From assembly GCA_013824375.1 (NCBI GenBank), contig PNNR01000063.1, forward strand, positions 1-46,769: a DNA stretch of 46,769 bases. Direction: 5' to 3'. Within the stretch, counting starts at the first letter, position 1, and each line of letters starts with the position of its first letter. The notes under the pieces are model-generated. The model was not told the origin of the DNA, made no database searches, and was given only the letters and a program-made list of their open reading frames with translations. The DNA is from Clostridiales bacterium. GTDB lineage: Bacteria; Bacillota; Clostridia; Christensenellales; CAG-138. Shown here in pieces: positions 11,857 to 20,464 of the stretch. A program made the position numbers and the translations under genes.

Positions 11857-11930
11857 TTTGCAAGCAACTTGGTTGCTTATTTGACTTCGCAGGTAGCTCC
11901 AACACCGTCATCTCAGTCTGAAATGTACAG

Positions 11931-11960
11931 AAAAAAACCAGCCCGAAAATCGGACTGGTT
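11931..11960 (-). terminator. rho-independent terminator of rplL (module B1)
   Basis: Minus strand CCAGTCCGA-TTT-TCGGGCTGG followed by TTTTTTT. Preceded by a second hairpin, TAAGCAACCGAGTTGCTTA, that overlaps the stop codon. Confidence 0.75.
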
Positions 11961-11978
11961 TGTAAGCAACTCGGTTGC

Positions 11979-12350
11979 TTATTTAATTTCGCAGGTTGCG
12001 CCAACTTCTTTGAACGCCGCAACGATCTTCTCGGCGTCTTCTTTGTTGATGCCTTCCTTGACTTTGCTCGGTGCGCCATCGACGACGTCTTTGGCTTCTT
12101 TGAGGCCGAGGCCGGTCAGCTCGCGGACGACCTTGATGACCTTGATCTTCTCTGCGCCGACATCCTTCAGGATGACGTCGAACTCGGTCTTCTCTTCCAC
12201 TTCCTCAGCGGCTGCGGCGGCGGGGCCGGCGACGGCAACGGCGGTCGCGGCGGCGGAAACGCCAAATTCTTCTTCAAGGGCTTTCACGAGCTCGAAGAGC
12301 TCCAGAACGGACATCGCTTTGATATCAGCGATCAATTGTTCCTTATTCAT
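11979..12350 (-). CDS. rplL: 50S ribosomal protein L7/L12
   Basis: 123-aa [38 protein letters not shown]...[11 protein letters not shown]... Confidence 0.97.
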   Translation of the reverse strand: MNKEQLIADIKAMSVLELFELVKALEEEFGVSAAATAVAVAGPAAAAAEEVEEKTEFDVILKDVGAEKIKVIKVVRELTGLGLKEAKDVVDGAPSKVKEGINKEDAEKIVAAFKEVGATCEIK

Positions 12351-12422
12351 ATTAATCTCCTTACATTTTTATTGCGGATGGTCCGCATATTATTTGTGTT
12401 CCTGGATACGCGAACTTCCGCT

Positions 12423-12932
12423 TTACGCTTCCGCTCCGCCCTGCTTCTTGGCGATTTCGTTGAGTGCGATTGCGAACTTGGAAATCGGGGACATCATAGA
12501 TCCCAGCATGCGTGCAATCATCACCTCGCGGCTCGGCAGGTCTGCAATTGCTTCGACCTGGGTCGCATTGAGAATGTTCTTTTCGACGAAGCCACCCTTG
12601 AGCTCGCACTTCTTCGCCTTCTTGATGAAAGCCTTGAGGATGCGTGCCGGGGCTGCGACGTCCTGATAACCAAACGCGAAAGCGCTGGGCCCTTTGAGAA
12701 CCGGTGCGCCGCTTGCTTCGATGCCGTTTGCTTCACACGCGCGCTCCATGATGTGGTTTTTAATGACCGCATACTCGACGCCCGCTTTACGCATCTCTGC
12801 GCGCAGTTCGGTATCTTCCGCAACGCTGATTCCGCGATAGTCAAACACGACGATGCTCTGTGCCTTCTTGATCTTTTCCGCGACAGAAGCAACTTGTTCC
12901 GCTTTGCGTTCTACGTTTTGAACGTTTGCCAT
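12423..12932 (-). CDS. rplJ: 50S ribosomal protein L10
   Basis: 169-aa ORF immediately upstream of rplL. Sequence is L10-like (VVFDYRGISVAEDTELRAEMRKAGVEY). Confidence 0.97.
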   Translation of the reverse strand: MANVQNVERKAEQVASVAEKIKKAQSIVVFDYRGISVAEDTELRAEMRKAGVEYAVIKNHIMERACEANGIEASGAPVLKGPSAFAFGYQDVAAPARILKAFIKKAKKCELKGGFVEKNILNATQVEAIADLPSREVMIARMLGSMMSPISKFAIALNEIAKKQGGAEA

Positions 12933-13104
12933 TTAGTTGTTTCACCTCCTTGTGCCTGTTTAAAGGAAAATAAAAAACCTTCCGCCCAAACCAAGACGAA
13001 AGGATGACATACAAACCAATATGGATGTTGTACGCATCACCTCGGCAGGACTTACCGCGGTCTCCCGCTGCCGGCTGTCTTGGGCGATTATGTTACCGCA
13101 GAGA
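12933..13104 (-). promoter_or_regulatory. rplJ leader, candidate ribosomal-protein L10 leader with attenuator
   Basis: About 170-nt transcribed leader between the putative promoter and rplJ. It contains structured GC-rich segments and an intrinsic terminator. Position matches the L10 leader known in Firmicutes. The fold was not verified. Confidence 0.5.
12967..13003 (-). terminator. intrinsic terminator (attenuator) inside the rplJ leader
   Basis: Minus strand CCTTTCGTC-TTGGTTTG-GGCGGAAGG followed by TTTTTTATTTT, about 35 nt upstream of the rplJ start. Confidence 0.6.
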
Positions 13105-13133
13105 ATGTTATCATACGCAAACTGCGTTGTCAA
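13105..13133 (-). promoter_or_regulatory. putative sigma-70 promoter for rplJL
   Basis: Minus strand TTGACA - 17 nt - TAACAT. Confidence 0.55.
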
Positions 13134-13213
13134 CAATATCCGCGGAAACAGGCGGTTAAAAGATTGCCGCCCGGGAAAGCCCCGAACGGGGCCTTCCCAA
13201 GCGAATGTGTTTC

Positions 13214-13903
13214 TTAGAACTTGAGGGTGTTGAACTTGACGCCCGGGCCCATCGTGGAGCTGATGACAACGCTCTTGAGGTAGGTGCCCTTGGCTGCGGA
13301 CGGCTTCGCCTTGACGATGGCATCCATCAGCGTGGTCAGGTTCTCTTCGAGCTTATCCGAGCCAAACGATGCTTTGCCGATCGGGCAGTGCACGATGCTG
13401 GTCTTGTCGACGCGATATTCCACTTTACCGGCTTTGATGTCGGCAACGGCTTTCGCGACGTCCATGGTGACCGTACCGCTCTTCGGGTTCGGCATGAGGC
13501 CTTTCGGGCCGAGCACGCGGCCGATGCGGCCGACGACGCCCATCATATCCGGGGTCGCGACGCAAACGTCGAACTCAAACCAGTTCTCGGTCTGGATCTT
13601 CTTCACGAGGTCTTCGTCACCGACGTAATCGGCGCCGGCTTCCTGCGCTTCGCGGGCTTTGTCGGCCTTGGCGAACACGAGGACGCGAACCTTTTTGCCA
13701 GTGCCATGCGGCAGAACGACCGCGCCGCGGACCTGCTGGTCAGCGTGGCGGGGATCGACGCCGAGGCGGGCATGGACTTCGATGGTCTCGTCAAACTTCG
13801 CTTTCGCGGTGGTCAGAACGAGATCGAGGCCTTCACGAACATCATACTGCTTTTGCGCTTCGATGCTCTTCTTGCTTTCGGTATACTTTTTGCCGTGTTT
13901 CAT
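13214..13903 (-). CDS. rplA: 50S ribosomal protein L1
   Basis: 229-aa [25 protein letters not shown]... with typical L1 sequence. Confidence 0.97.
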   Translation of the reverse strand: MKHGKKYTESKKSIEAQKQYDVREGLDLVLTTAKAKFDETIEVHARLGVDPRHADQQVRGAVVLPHGTGKKVRVLVFAKADKAREAQEAGADYVGDEDLVKKIQTENWFEFDVCVATPDMMGVVGRIGRVLGPKGLMPNPKSGTVTMDVAKAVADIKAGKVEYRVDKTSIVHCPIGKASFGSDKLEENLTTLMDAIVKAKPSAAKGTYLKSVVISSTMGPGVKFNTLKF

Positions 13904-13917
13904 ACTCTCGTTCCCCC

Positions 13918-14343
13918 TCAGTCTCCGACGATGACGCCCATGCTGCGCGCGGTACCCGCAACCATGGACATTGCAGCTTCCACGCTGCCCGCGTTGAGGT
14001 CGGGCATCTTCAGCTCCGCGATTTCACGCACCTGAGCCTTGGTGATCGTGGCAACTTTCGTTTTGTTCGGCACGCCGGAAGCGCTCTCGATGCCGCAAGC
14101 TTTTTTGATCAGGATGGCGGCCGGAGGCGTCTTGGTGATAAACGAGAACGAGCGGTCCGCATACACGGTGATAACGACCGGAATGATCAGACCTGCGGAT
14201 TTCTGCGTGCGTTCATTGAACTCTTTGCAGAAAGCCATAATGTTGACGCCCTGTTGACCCAGCGCGGGGCCGACCGGCGGCGCGGGCGTCGCTTTTGCCG
14301 CAGGAATTTGCAGTTTTACATAGCCTTGGATTTTCTTTGCCAT
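13918..14343 (-). CDS. rplK: 50S ribosomal protein L11
   Basis: 141-aa [46 protein letters not shown]... Confidence 0.97.
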   Translation of the reverse strand: MAKKIQGYVKLQIPAAKATPAPPVGPALGQQGVNIMAFCKEFNERTQKSAGLIIPVVITVYADRSFSFITKTPPAAILIKKACGIESASGVPNKTKVATITKAQVREIAELKMPDLNAGSVEAAMSMVAGTARSMGVIVGD

Positions 14344-14460
14344 TGCAGTTCCCTCCGTTTAAATTGGTTGTGGTAAGCGGGGTGCCTCCCCCTCCCACGT
14401 TCTAATAACGCATATAGCGTAATAGATGATTTTGTGCTGCCAGCGCAATCAATAAAACTA

Positions 14461-15048
14461 TTACAGTTTCTGAACCTGTACGAAGTCTAGTTCTACAGGT
14501 GTCTCGCGTCCGAACATGGACACCATCAGCTTGATCTTCTGGCGTTCGATATCAAGCGCTTCCACGCGGCCGGTGAAGTTCTCCAGCGGCCCGTTGATGA
14601 CGCGCACATGTTCCCCTACCTCAATATTGAGCACGATCGGAATCCGTTCCACGCCCATAGAGGTGACTTCTTCATCGGAAAGCGGGACAGGTTTGCTACC
14701 CGGTCCCACAAATCCTGTCACGCCGCGGGTGTTGCGGACAACATACCATGCGCGGGGATTCATCACGAGATCGACGGACTTGCCGCCGCCCTGCTCCGCG
14801 GGACGTTCTTTTTCAACAACATCCACGAGCATTTTAACCATTACATAACCGGGAAATACTTTTCTCTGGGTTACTTTGCGTTTTCCGTTGGGCAAAATCT
14901 CGATGGTTTCCTCCGTGGGGTATTTCACCTCAAGGATGATATCCTGAAGCCCTGCGTTTTCCACGGACTTTTCAAGGTCTTCCTTGACCTTGTTTTCATA
15001 ACCCGAGTAGGTATGAACCACGTACCATTTTGCTTCCTGCACGCTCAT
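14461..15048 (-). CDS. nusG: transcription termination/antitermination protein NusG
   Basis: KWYVVHTYSGYENKV NGN domain and C-terminal KOW (GEHVRVINGPLENFTGRVE). Sits in the secE-nusG-rplK context. Confidence 0.95.
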   Translation of the reverse strand: MSVQEAKWYVVHTYSGYENKVKEDLEKSVENAGLQDIILEVKYPTEETIEILPNGKRKVTQRKVFPGYVMVKMLVDVVEKERPAEQGGGKSVDLVMNPRAWYVVRNTRGVTGFVGPGSKPVPLSDEEVTSMGVERIPIVLNIEVGEHVRVINGPLENFTGRVEALDIERQKIKLMVSMFGRETPVELDFVQVQKL

Positions 15049-15054
15049 AACTCC

Positions 15055-15702
15055 TTACCCGATTCTAATACTGCTCAATGCGCCGAAACCACTTGAAAAT
15101 ACCAGGTCGAGAACGCCGATGAGCAGCGCCATTGCCAGAACGAACACTACGACAGCCAGAGTATGGCTGAAGAGTTCCTTGCCGGAAAGCCAAGTGAGCT
15201 TCTTCACTTCGCCGATCATCTCCCGCAGGAAGCGGAAGAGTCCGACATCATGTTTGCCATCGACTGCGATGACATAGAACAGTGAGATCACGACGGAGAC
15301 GATGCCTGCGACCAGCGCGATGGTTCCCATTTTGGCGGTCGCGGTCAGAATGACCAGCGCGTACACTACGGAGAGTGCGGCGAGCCACATGAGTCCTCTG
15401 CTCTTCTTTTTGAACAAGCCAAGTATGCCCGCAACGGTCATCAGAAGGCCGAGAAGACCGCTGGCGACTTTAAGCCCAGTCGAAAGCGTGTACGTTTCCG
15501 AGGGTGTGATGATCTGCAGCGTATTGTAAACTGCGAGGAAAAGTCCGCCTAACGCGAAAAGTATGCTCGCGGGAACCAGCAGTTTCGGGCCGACTACAGC
15601 CCAGAACGGCTTCTTGTGTGAGTGTCCGTGTGCATCGATTCTTGCAACTTTCTTGTCCGCGCTCTTGGCATCCTTTTGGGGTGCGCTAAGATTCTGTGCC
15701 AT
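15055..15702 (-). CDS. secE: preprotein translocase subunit SecE with a long N-terminal multi-TM extension
   Basis: The C-terminal ~60 aa (FRFLREMIGEVKKLTWLSGKELFSHTLAVVVFVLAMALLIGVLDLVF) are canonical SecE. The preceding ~150 aa contain four hydrophobic helices. Canonical rpmG-secE-nusG context. Confidence 0.8.
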   Translation of the reverse strand: MAQNLSAPQKDAKSADKKVARIDAHGHSHKKPFWAVVGPKLLVPASILFALGGLFLAVYNTLQIITPSETYTLSTGLKVASGLLGLLMTVAGILGLFKKKSRGLMWLAALSVVYALVILTATAKMGTIALVAGIVSVVISLFYVIAVDGKHDVGLFRFLREMIGEVKKLTWLSGKELFSHTLAVVVFVLAMALLIGVLDLVFSSGFGALSSIRIG

Positions 15703-15726
15703 ATCGTTCCTCTTTCGTTGAATCCG

Positions 15727-15888
15727 TTACTTGGATTCGCGGTGCGTGGTATGCTTGCGGCAGAAGCGGCAATACTTGCTGAACTCAAGCCTCTCGGGAT
15801 CGTTTTTCTTGTTCTTGTAGGTGTTGTAGTTCCTCTGCTTACACTCGGTGCAAGCCAGGGTGATCTTTACGCGTGCATCTGCTGCCAT
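15727..15888 (-). CDS. rpmG: 50S ribosomal protein L33
   Basis: Not in the ORF track (53 aa). Hand translation gives [59 protein letters not shown] lies upstream. Confidence 0.93.
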   Translation of the reverse strand: MAADARVKITLACTECKQRNYNTYKNKKNDPERLEFSKYCRFCRKHTTHRESK

Positions 15889-15954
15889 GGTGAAAATCCT
15901 CCGTACATTCGGTTAAAACATCATAAATCGAGCCCCTTTGCGGGGCACCTTAAA

Positions 15955-15983
15955 AAGATACCACACCAAAGGGGCTATGTCAA
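15955..15983 (-). promoter_or_regulatory. putative sigma-70 promoter for rpmG-secE-nusG
   Basis: Minus strand TTGACA - 17 nt - TATCTT. Confidence 0.5.
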
Positions 15984-16036
15984 TCAGTTATTTGTAATTA
16001 TCCAGACTTTTTGGGGGATAATCGGCGATTTCTCTC

Positions 16037-17368
16037 TTAATTTCCCGCAACGGCGAGCCCCGAAACAAGGATGCTCGGCGAACCGAAGTAACCTCCCTGT
16101 GGCATGCCGAATCTCAAGTCGTTTCCGACCGCAACGACATCCTTCATCATGCTGACAAAGTTGCCCGCAACGGTGATATTTGACACCGGCCGAATGATCG
16201 CGCCGTTCTCGACGAGAAAGCCCGCAGCCTTGAGCGAGAAGTCACCGGAAACCTCGTCAACACCCGCGTGCAATCCTTCCAGTTCGGTAATGACGAGCCC
16301 GGTGCCAAGTTGTACGAGCAGCTCTTCATAGCTGTGCGCGCCCGTTTCCACACGGAACACCGTGGGGGAAACGCCTACCGCGGAAGCAGCGCTTCTGCGG
16401 TTCGCGTTGCCTGTGCTCTCAACCCCCGCCTTTTTCGCGGTCTTGAGGTTGTGCAGGAGCGTTTTCAGCGCCCCCTTCTCTATGACTGCCTTTTTGGCGC
16501 AGGGCGTACCCTCTCCGTCAAACGCGCGAGGCGCGACCGGATCGAACGGATCATCCCATATGGTGACGAGCTTGCTTGCAATTGTTTCCCCTTCTTTTCC
16601 AGCAAGAAGCGACAAGCCCTTCTGCGCCGCGTCCGCCGAGAACATCTGTGCAAATGCGCTCAATAGATCGCTCATCGCAAACGGCTTCAGCAGCACGCGG
16701 TAATAGCCGGAATCGACGGGGCTTGCGCCGAGCTTGCCCAACGCGTCCTCGACAGCCTCTTTAGCGCATCCTTCTGCGTCTGCAGCATCCAATCCCATTC
16801 TGAATGCAAATCCGGTTTGCAACTCGACTCCATCATCTACACTCGGCATCACGTAGAGATATGAGCTATTCGTACTGCGCTCGGCATGCAAGCCGAGGGA
16901 GTTTTCCATCACAACCGCGCCGGAATCATAGCCCGCTGTGCAGTACACCACGCGCTTCACGCGCGGATCCAACGCAAGGCAAACCTGTTCCAGCCTCTTG
17001 GTAAGTGCGATGCGCTCAAATTCGGTCATGTTTTTCAGCGCGCTGTCCGCGCGGACAATATCCTGATACGCCTGTTTCGTCTGCATCGGGTGTTCATCGT
17101 CGCTCTCAACGCACCTTGCGTTGTCTGCCGCATGATCCACGAGCTTCTCCGGCTCGTCGATGCGCTCTGAATAAGCATATCCTTCACGTCCGTTGTTTGA
17201 GACACGGATGGATACACCCGCCTCGCGACTGGCACTGTAGCGGTCAATTTCTCCGCCGTTTGCATTGACTTCAAACGATTCTCCATTTGCATAGTAAAGC
17301 TCAGAAGATGCGCAGCCGATTGACTGCGCGTATTCCATCGCGCGAACTGCAAATTCCTGATACGTCAT
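16037..17368 (-). CDS. pmbA: TldD/PmbA family metallopeptidase, PmbA (TldE)-like
   Basis: 443-aa ORF with the C-terminal region typical of the family (GDFSLKAAGFLVENG..., GSPSILV). 4-nt overlap with the upstream tldD. Confidence 0.85.
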   Translation of the reverse strand: MTYQEFAVRAMEYAQSIGCASSELYYANGESFEVNANGGEIDRYSASREAGVSIRVSNNGREGYAYSERIDEPEKLVDHAADNARCVESDDEHPMQTKQAYQDIVRADSALKNMTEFERIALTKRLEQVCLALDPRVKRVVYCTAGYDSGAVVMENSLGLHAERSTNSSYLYVMPSVDDGVELQTGFAFRMGLDAADAEGCAKEAVEDALGKLGASPVDSGYYRVLLKPFAMSDLLSAFAQMFSADAAQKGLSLLAGKEGETIASKLVTIWDDPFDPVAPRAFDGEGTPCAKKAVIEKGALKTLLHNLKTAKKAGVESTGNANRRSAASAVGVSPTVFRVETGAHSYEELLVQLGTGLVITELEGLHAGVDEVSGDFSLKAAGFLVENGAIIRPVSNITVAGNFVSMMKDVVAVGNDLRFGMPQGGYFGSPSILVSGLAVAGN

Positions 17369-18846
17369 TCGATTGTGCCTCCTTTACCGCCGATCGTCAT
17401 GCCGGAAACGCGGATGCGGGCCTGGCCGACGTTGGTCGGCACCGATCCGGAGAGCGAACCGCACATGCCTGGTTCCATCCACATATGTTTACCCACACGA
17501 TCAATCTTGAGCAGCACTTCGCTGCCTTTTCCGATCAATGTTGCTCCTCGCACGGGCGAGACGATCTTTCCGTTTTTCACCCAGTAGCCTTCTGCGACGC
17601 TGAAGTTGAATTCTCCCGTCGGCGGGTTGACGGAGCCGCCGCCCATCTTCTTGGCAAACAGACCTTCCGCCATGCCGGAGATCATCTCCTCGTCGTCGTC
17701 CGTCCCCGCGCAGATGAAGGTGTTCGTCATGCGCGAAGTCGGCGCAAACATATAGCCCTGCCTGCGGGAAGAGCCCGTGCTGGGCATGCCCATGCGCCGC
17801 GAACCGAGCTTGTCGATCAGATAACTTTTAAGGATACCGTTTTCGATCAGCAGATTCCGCTGCGGTTTACCACCCTCGTCGTCCACGTTGATCGAGCCCC
17901 ACTCGCCGGGCAGCGTGCCATCGTCCACGGCGCTGACGCAGTCCGCGGCGATCTTGGTGTTCAGCTTGCCACAAAAGACCGAGTTGTTGCGCCCGACCGC
18001 GGTCGCCTCCAGCGAATGCCCGCAGGCCTCGTGAAAGATGACCCCGCCGAAGCCGCCGTCGATGACAACGGGCAGATTCCCCGCAGGGCATTCCGGCGCG
18101 TGCAGCATGGTCACAGCCATGTTCGCAGTGGATTTTGCATACTTCTCGACGTCGATGACGTCCCTATACGCTTCAAACCCGCGGCAGCAGCCCGGGCCTT
18201 CGAATCCAGTCTGCGCTTCGGAGCCGTTCATCGCGACAGCTTGCAAATAGATGCGAGTGCGCGGTCGTTCGTCCGTAACAAACAGACCGTCAGTATTCAC
18301 GATGGTCACGCGCTGCACCTGATCCAGATAGCGCACCACCGCCTGCGTGACTTCCGGCGATGCACTCTTTATCACGCGCGCACCCGTCCGCATCACCTCG
18401 ATGCGGTCCGCGTTACAAATTGTGTCAAAGCGCTGCCTGACCGGTGTTATGAAACGTTTGTTCGAAAGCCGAATTTCGCCGTTCGGAGTATACTTCGCTT
18501 CGCCGAGCGCCGCCGCCGCCGCACGTGCCGTATTCATCAGCGATTGTTCGTTGATGTCGGCACAATAGGCATAAGCGCTCTGCGTGCCGAGCAGTACGCG
18601 AACGCCCGCGCCGCAAATGCGCGCGTAGTTCGCGCTCTCCACTTTGCCGTCAATCATCTCGATGCGCGTGCTCTCGTTATCCTCTAAAAACAATTCGGCA
18701 TAGTCTGCGCCGCTTTTTTGCGCTTCACGCAAAACTGCAAACGCTGTTGCTTCAGAAATTAAATCTGTTGGACATACGCCTTTAGGATTCAATTCCGATT
18801 CCTCCTGTAAGAATTTGCATACGGCGCATGTATCTCGCCTCTGCAT
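17365..18846 (-). CDS. tldD: TldD family metallopeptidase
   Basis: Contains the HEACGHSLE metal-binding motif and GADYAELFLED N-terminal region. ORF extends to 18903. Start at MQRRD (18846) is a guess. Confidence 0.85.
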   Translation of the reverse strand: MQRRDTCAVCKFLQEESELNPKGVCPTDLISEATAFAVLREAQKSGADYAELFLEDNESTRIEMIDGKVESANYARICGAGVRVLLGTQSAYAYCADINEQSLMNTARAAAAALGEAKYTPNGEIRLSNKRFITPVRQRFDTICNADRIEVMRTGARVIKSASPEVTQAVVRYLDQVQRVTIVNTDGLFVTDERPRTRIYLQAVAMNGSEAQTGFEGPGCCRGFEAYRDVIDVEKYAKSTANMAVTMLHAPECPAGNLPVVIDGGFGGVIFHEACGHSLEATAVGRNNSVFCGKLNTKIAADCVSAVDDGTLPGEWGSINVDDEGGKPQRNLLIENGILKSYLIDKLGSRRMGMPSTGSSRRQGYMFAPTSRMTNTFICAGTDDDEEMISGMAEGLFAKKMGGGSVNPPTGEFNFSVAEGYWVKNGKIVSPVRGATLIGKGSEVLLKIDRVGKHMWMEPGMCGSLSGSVPTNVGQARIRVSGMTIGGKGGTIE

Positions 18847-19064
18847 ATGCTGCTCTTCTCGGAGCAGCATAATCATAATAATGGAATGGGCTGTAACCGT
18901 CAACCCGCACCAACCAACGAAGTTTGTATATTATTGGAACATATGATTGGTCGATAAAATTCATTCCTGATATCGCTCATTTTTACCATCGATTTAGATG
19001 TGCGATTCTTCTATTGCAAACGCGAAATAAATACTGATTTCCTGCATCTTTACAAGTACCGCTC

Positions 19065-20327
19065 GTGTATGATAAAGTCGCGACTATGGAAACAGTAAAA
19101 TACAAGCTCTGGACAAGAGATTTTTCGATTCTAACAGCAGGCACCGTCATCTCTATGCTCGGAAATGCGGTGGCGGGTTTTGCCATCGGCTTGCTCGTAC
19201 TGGATAAAACAGACTCCGTGCTGCTCTATGCGGTGTTTATGGTATGTTACGGTTTGCCGCGTATTGTCTTGCCAATATTTGCGGGGCCTTATCTCGACCG
19301 GTTTTCGAGGAAGCGAGTCATATACACGCTTGATTTTATTTCTGCAGCGCTTTACACCGTCTTTTTCGTGCTGTTGCTGCAGGGTTTCTTTAATTATACC
19401 GCATATCTTCTGATGTCGATGGTCATCGGCGGCATCGACAGCGTCTACAGCGTTGCATATGAGAGCTTTTATCCGACCTTGATCAGCGAAGGCAACATGA
19501 CGCGCGCTTACTCCATCGAGAGTCTGATCTATCCGCTCAGCAGCGCTATTATGGTCCCCATCGCGGGTATTTGCTATCGAACCATCGGCCTGGCTCCGCT
19601 GTTTCTGTTCAATGCGCTTACGTTTCTCGTCGCGGCGATTGCCGAAACGCAGATCAAAGCCATTGAGACGCATATCGCAAACACGGTCGAGAAGTTCAAC
19701 GGCAGTCGCTTTATGAAGGATCTTAAGGACGGGTTTGCGTATCTTAAGCGTGAACGCGGACTAAACGCCATCACTTGGTTTTTCTTCGTGATGATGTTTA
19801 CGAGCTCTATCTGTATGACGCTTGCGCTACCCTATTTCAAAAGCTTAACTTTGGTCGATGGCGTCATGCAATACACCCTGGTAATGAGCGCAAATACGAT
19901 CGGTCGATTAATCGGCGGTTCGGTGCACTATTTCTACCGCTATCCCGCGCAAAAGAAGTATAACATCGCGCTGTTTGTCTATGTGGCGATCTCAATCGTC
20001 GACGGCGCGTATCTGTTCTTCCCCTTCTGGGCGATGCTGATCTTCATGCTGTTTGACGGCATGCTGGGCGTCACGAGCTACAACATCCGCATCTCCGGCA
20101 CGCAAAACTATCTGCCGGATACCATGCGCGGCAGATTCAACGGACTGTTTCAAATGCTCAGCATCCTCGGCACAATCGGCGGCCAACTCATCGCGGGCGC
20201 AATCGGAGATTTGTTTGACATTCGCTTGGTCGTCGCGGTTTGTATGGCGATCTTCGGACTCTCCGTTTTCGTGTTCATCACACCCAACCGCGAAGAGGTG
20301 AAAAAGATCTACAACGTGAACGCATAA
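19065..20327 (+). CDS. MFS transporter
   Basis: 420-aa ORF with about 12 hydrophobic segments and an LDRFSRKRV-type loop motif. An alternative start is 19086. Confidence 0.8.
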   Translation: MYDKVATMETVKYKLWTRDFSILTAGTVISMLGNAVAGFAIGLLVLDKTDSVLLYAVFMVCYGLPRIVLPIFAGPYLDRFSRKRVIYTLDFISAALYTVFFVLLLQGFFNYTAYLLMSMVIGGIDSVYSVAYESFYPTLISEGNMTRAYSIESLIYPLSSAIMVPIAGICYRTIGLAPLFLFNALTFLVAAIAETQIKAIETHIANTVEKFNGSRFMKDLKDGFAYLKRERGLNAITWFFFVMMFTSSICMTLALPYFKSLTLVDGVMQYTLVMSANTIGRLIGGSVHYFYRYPAQKKYNIALFVYVAISIVDGAYLFFPFWAMLIFMLFDGMLGVTSYNIRISGTQNYLPDTMRGRFNGLFQMLSILGTIGGQLIAGAIGDLFDIRLVVAVCMAIFGLSVFVFITPNREEVKKIYNVNA

Positions 20328-20355
20328 ACGCGATTTTATTCGAATATATTATGCA

Positions 20356-20385
20356 AACGCCGGTGTCACCACTGGCGTTTTAACT
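20356..20385 (+). terminator. rho-independent terminator after the MFS gene
   Basis: AACGCCGGTG-TCAC-CACTGGCGTT followed by TT. Confidence 0.55.
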
Positions 20386-20464
20386 TGCTTTATGCGATAA
20401 TAAACCCGGTGCCGAGCGAGAATTGGCACTATCCAGAACAATTTTTCCAACAGGAGGCAATCTC

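Larger units (their letters stand above)
11776..12005. repeat. tandem array A1-B1-A2-B2-A3: 27-nt rplL 3' end (A) alternating with a 75-nt hairpin+terminator module (B), period 101-102 nt
   Basis: A1 11979..12005 is the real rplL end. A2 is 11877..11903 and A3 is 11776..11802. Units 11877..11978 and 11781..11876 align with about 9 substitutions and 1 indel. Confidence 0.85.

Noticed and set aside
11776-12005. Possible CRISPR array, because of the regularly spaced repeats.
   Set aside because: There are only 2-3 units of about 101 nt and the whole unit is repeated, with no unique spacers. The repeat contains the rplL coding end and terminators. No cas genes are present.
11682-12666. ORFs 11682-11867, 11807-12079 and 11869-12666 spanning the rplL downstream repeats and the antisense strand of rplL.
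   Set aside because: They read through terminator hairpins and repeat units or run antisense to rplL. The repeated peptide segments simply mirror the DNA repeat. There are no start signals.
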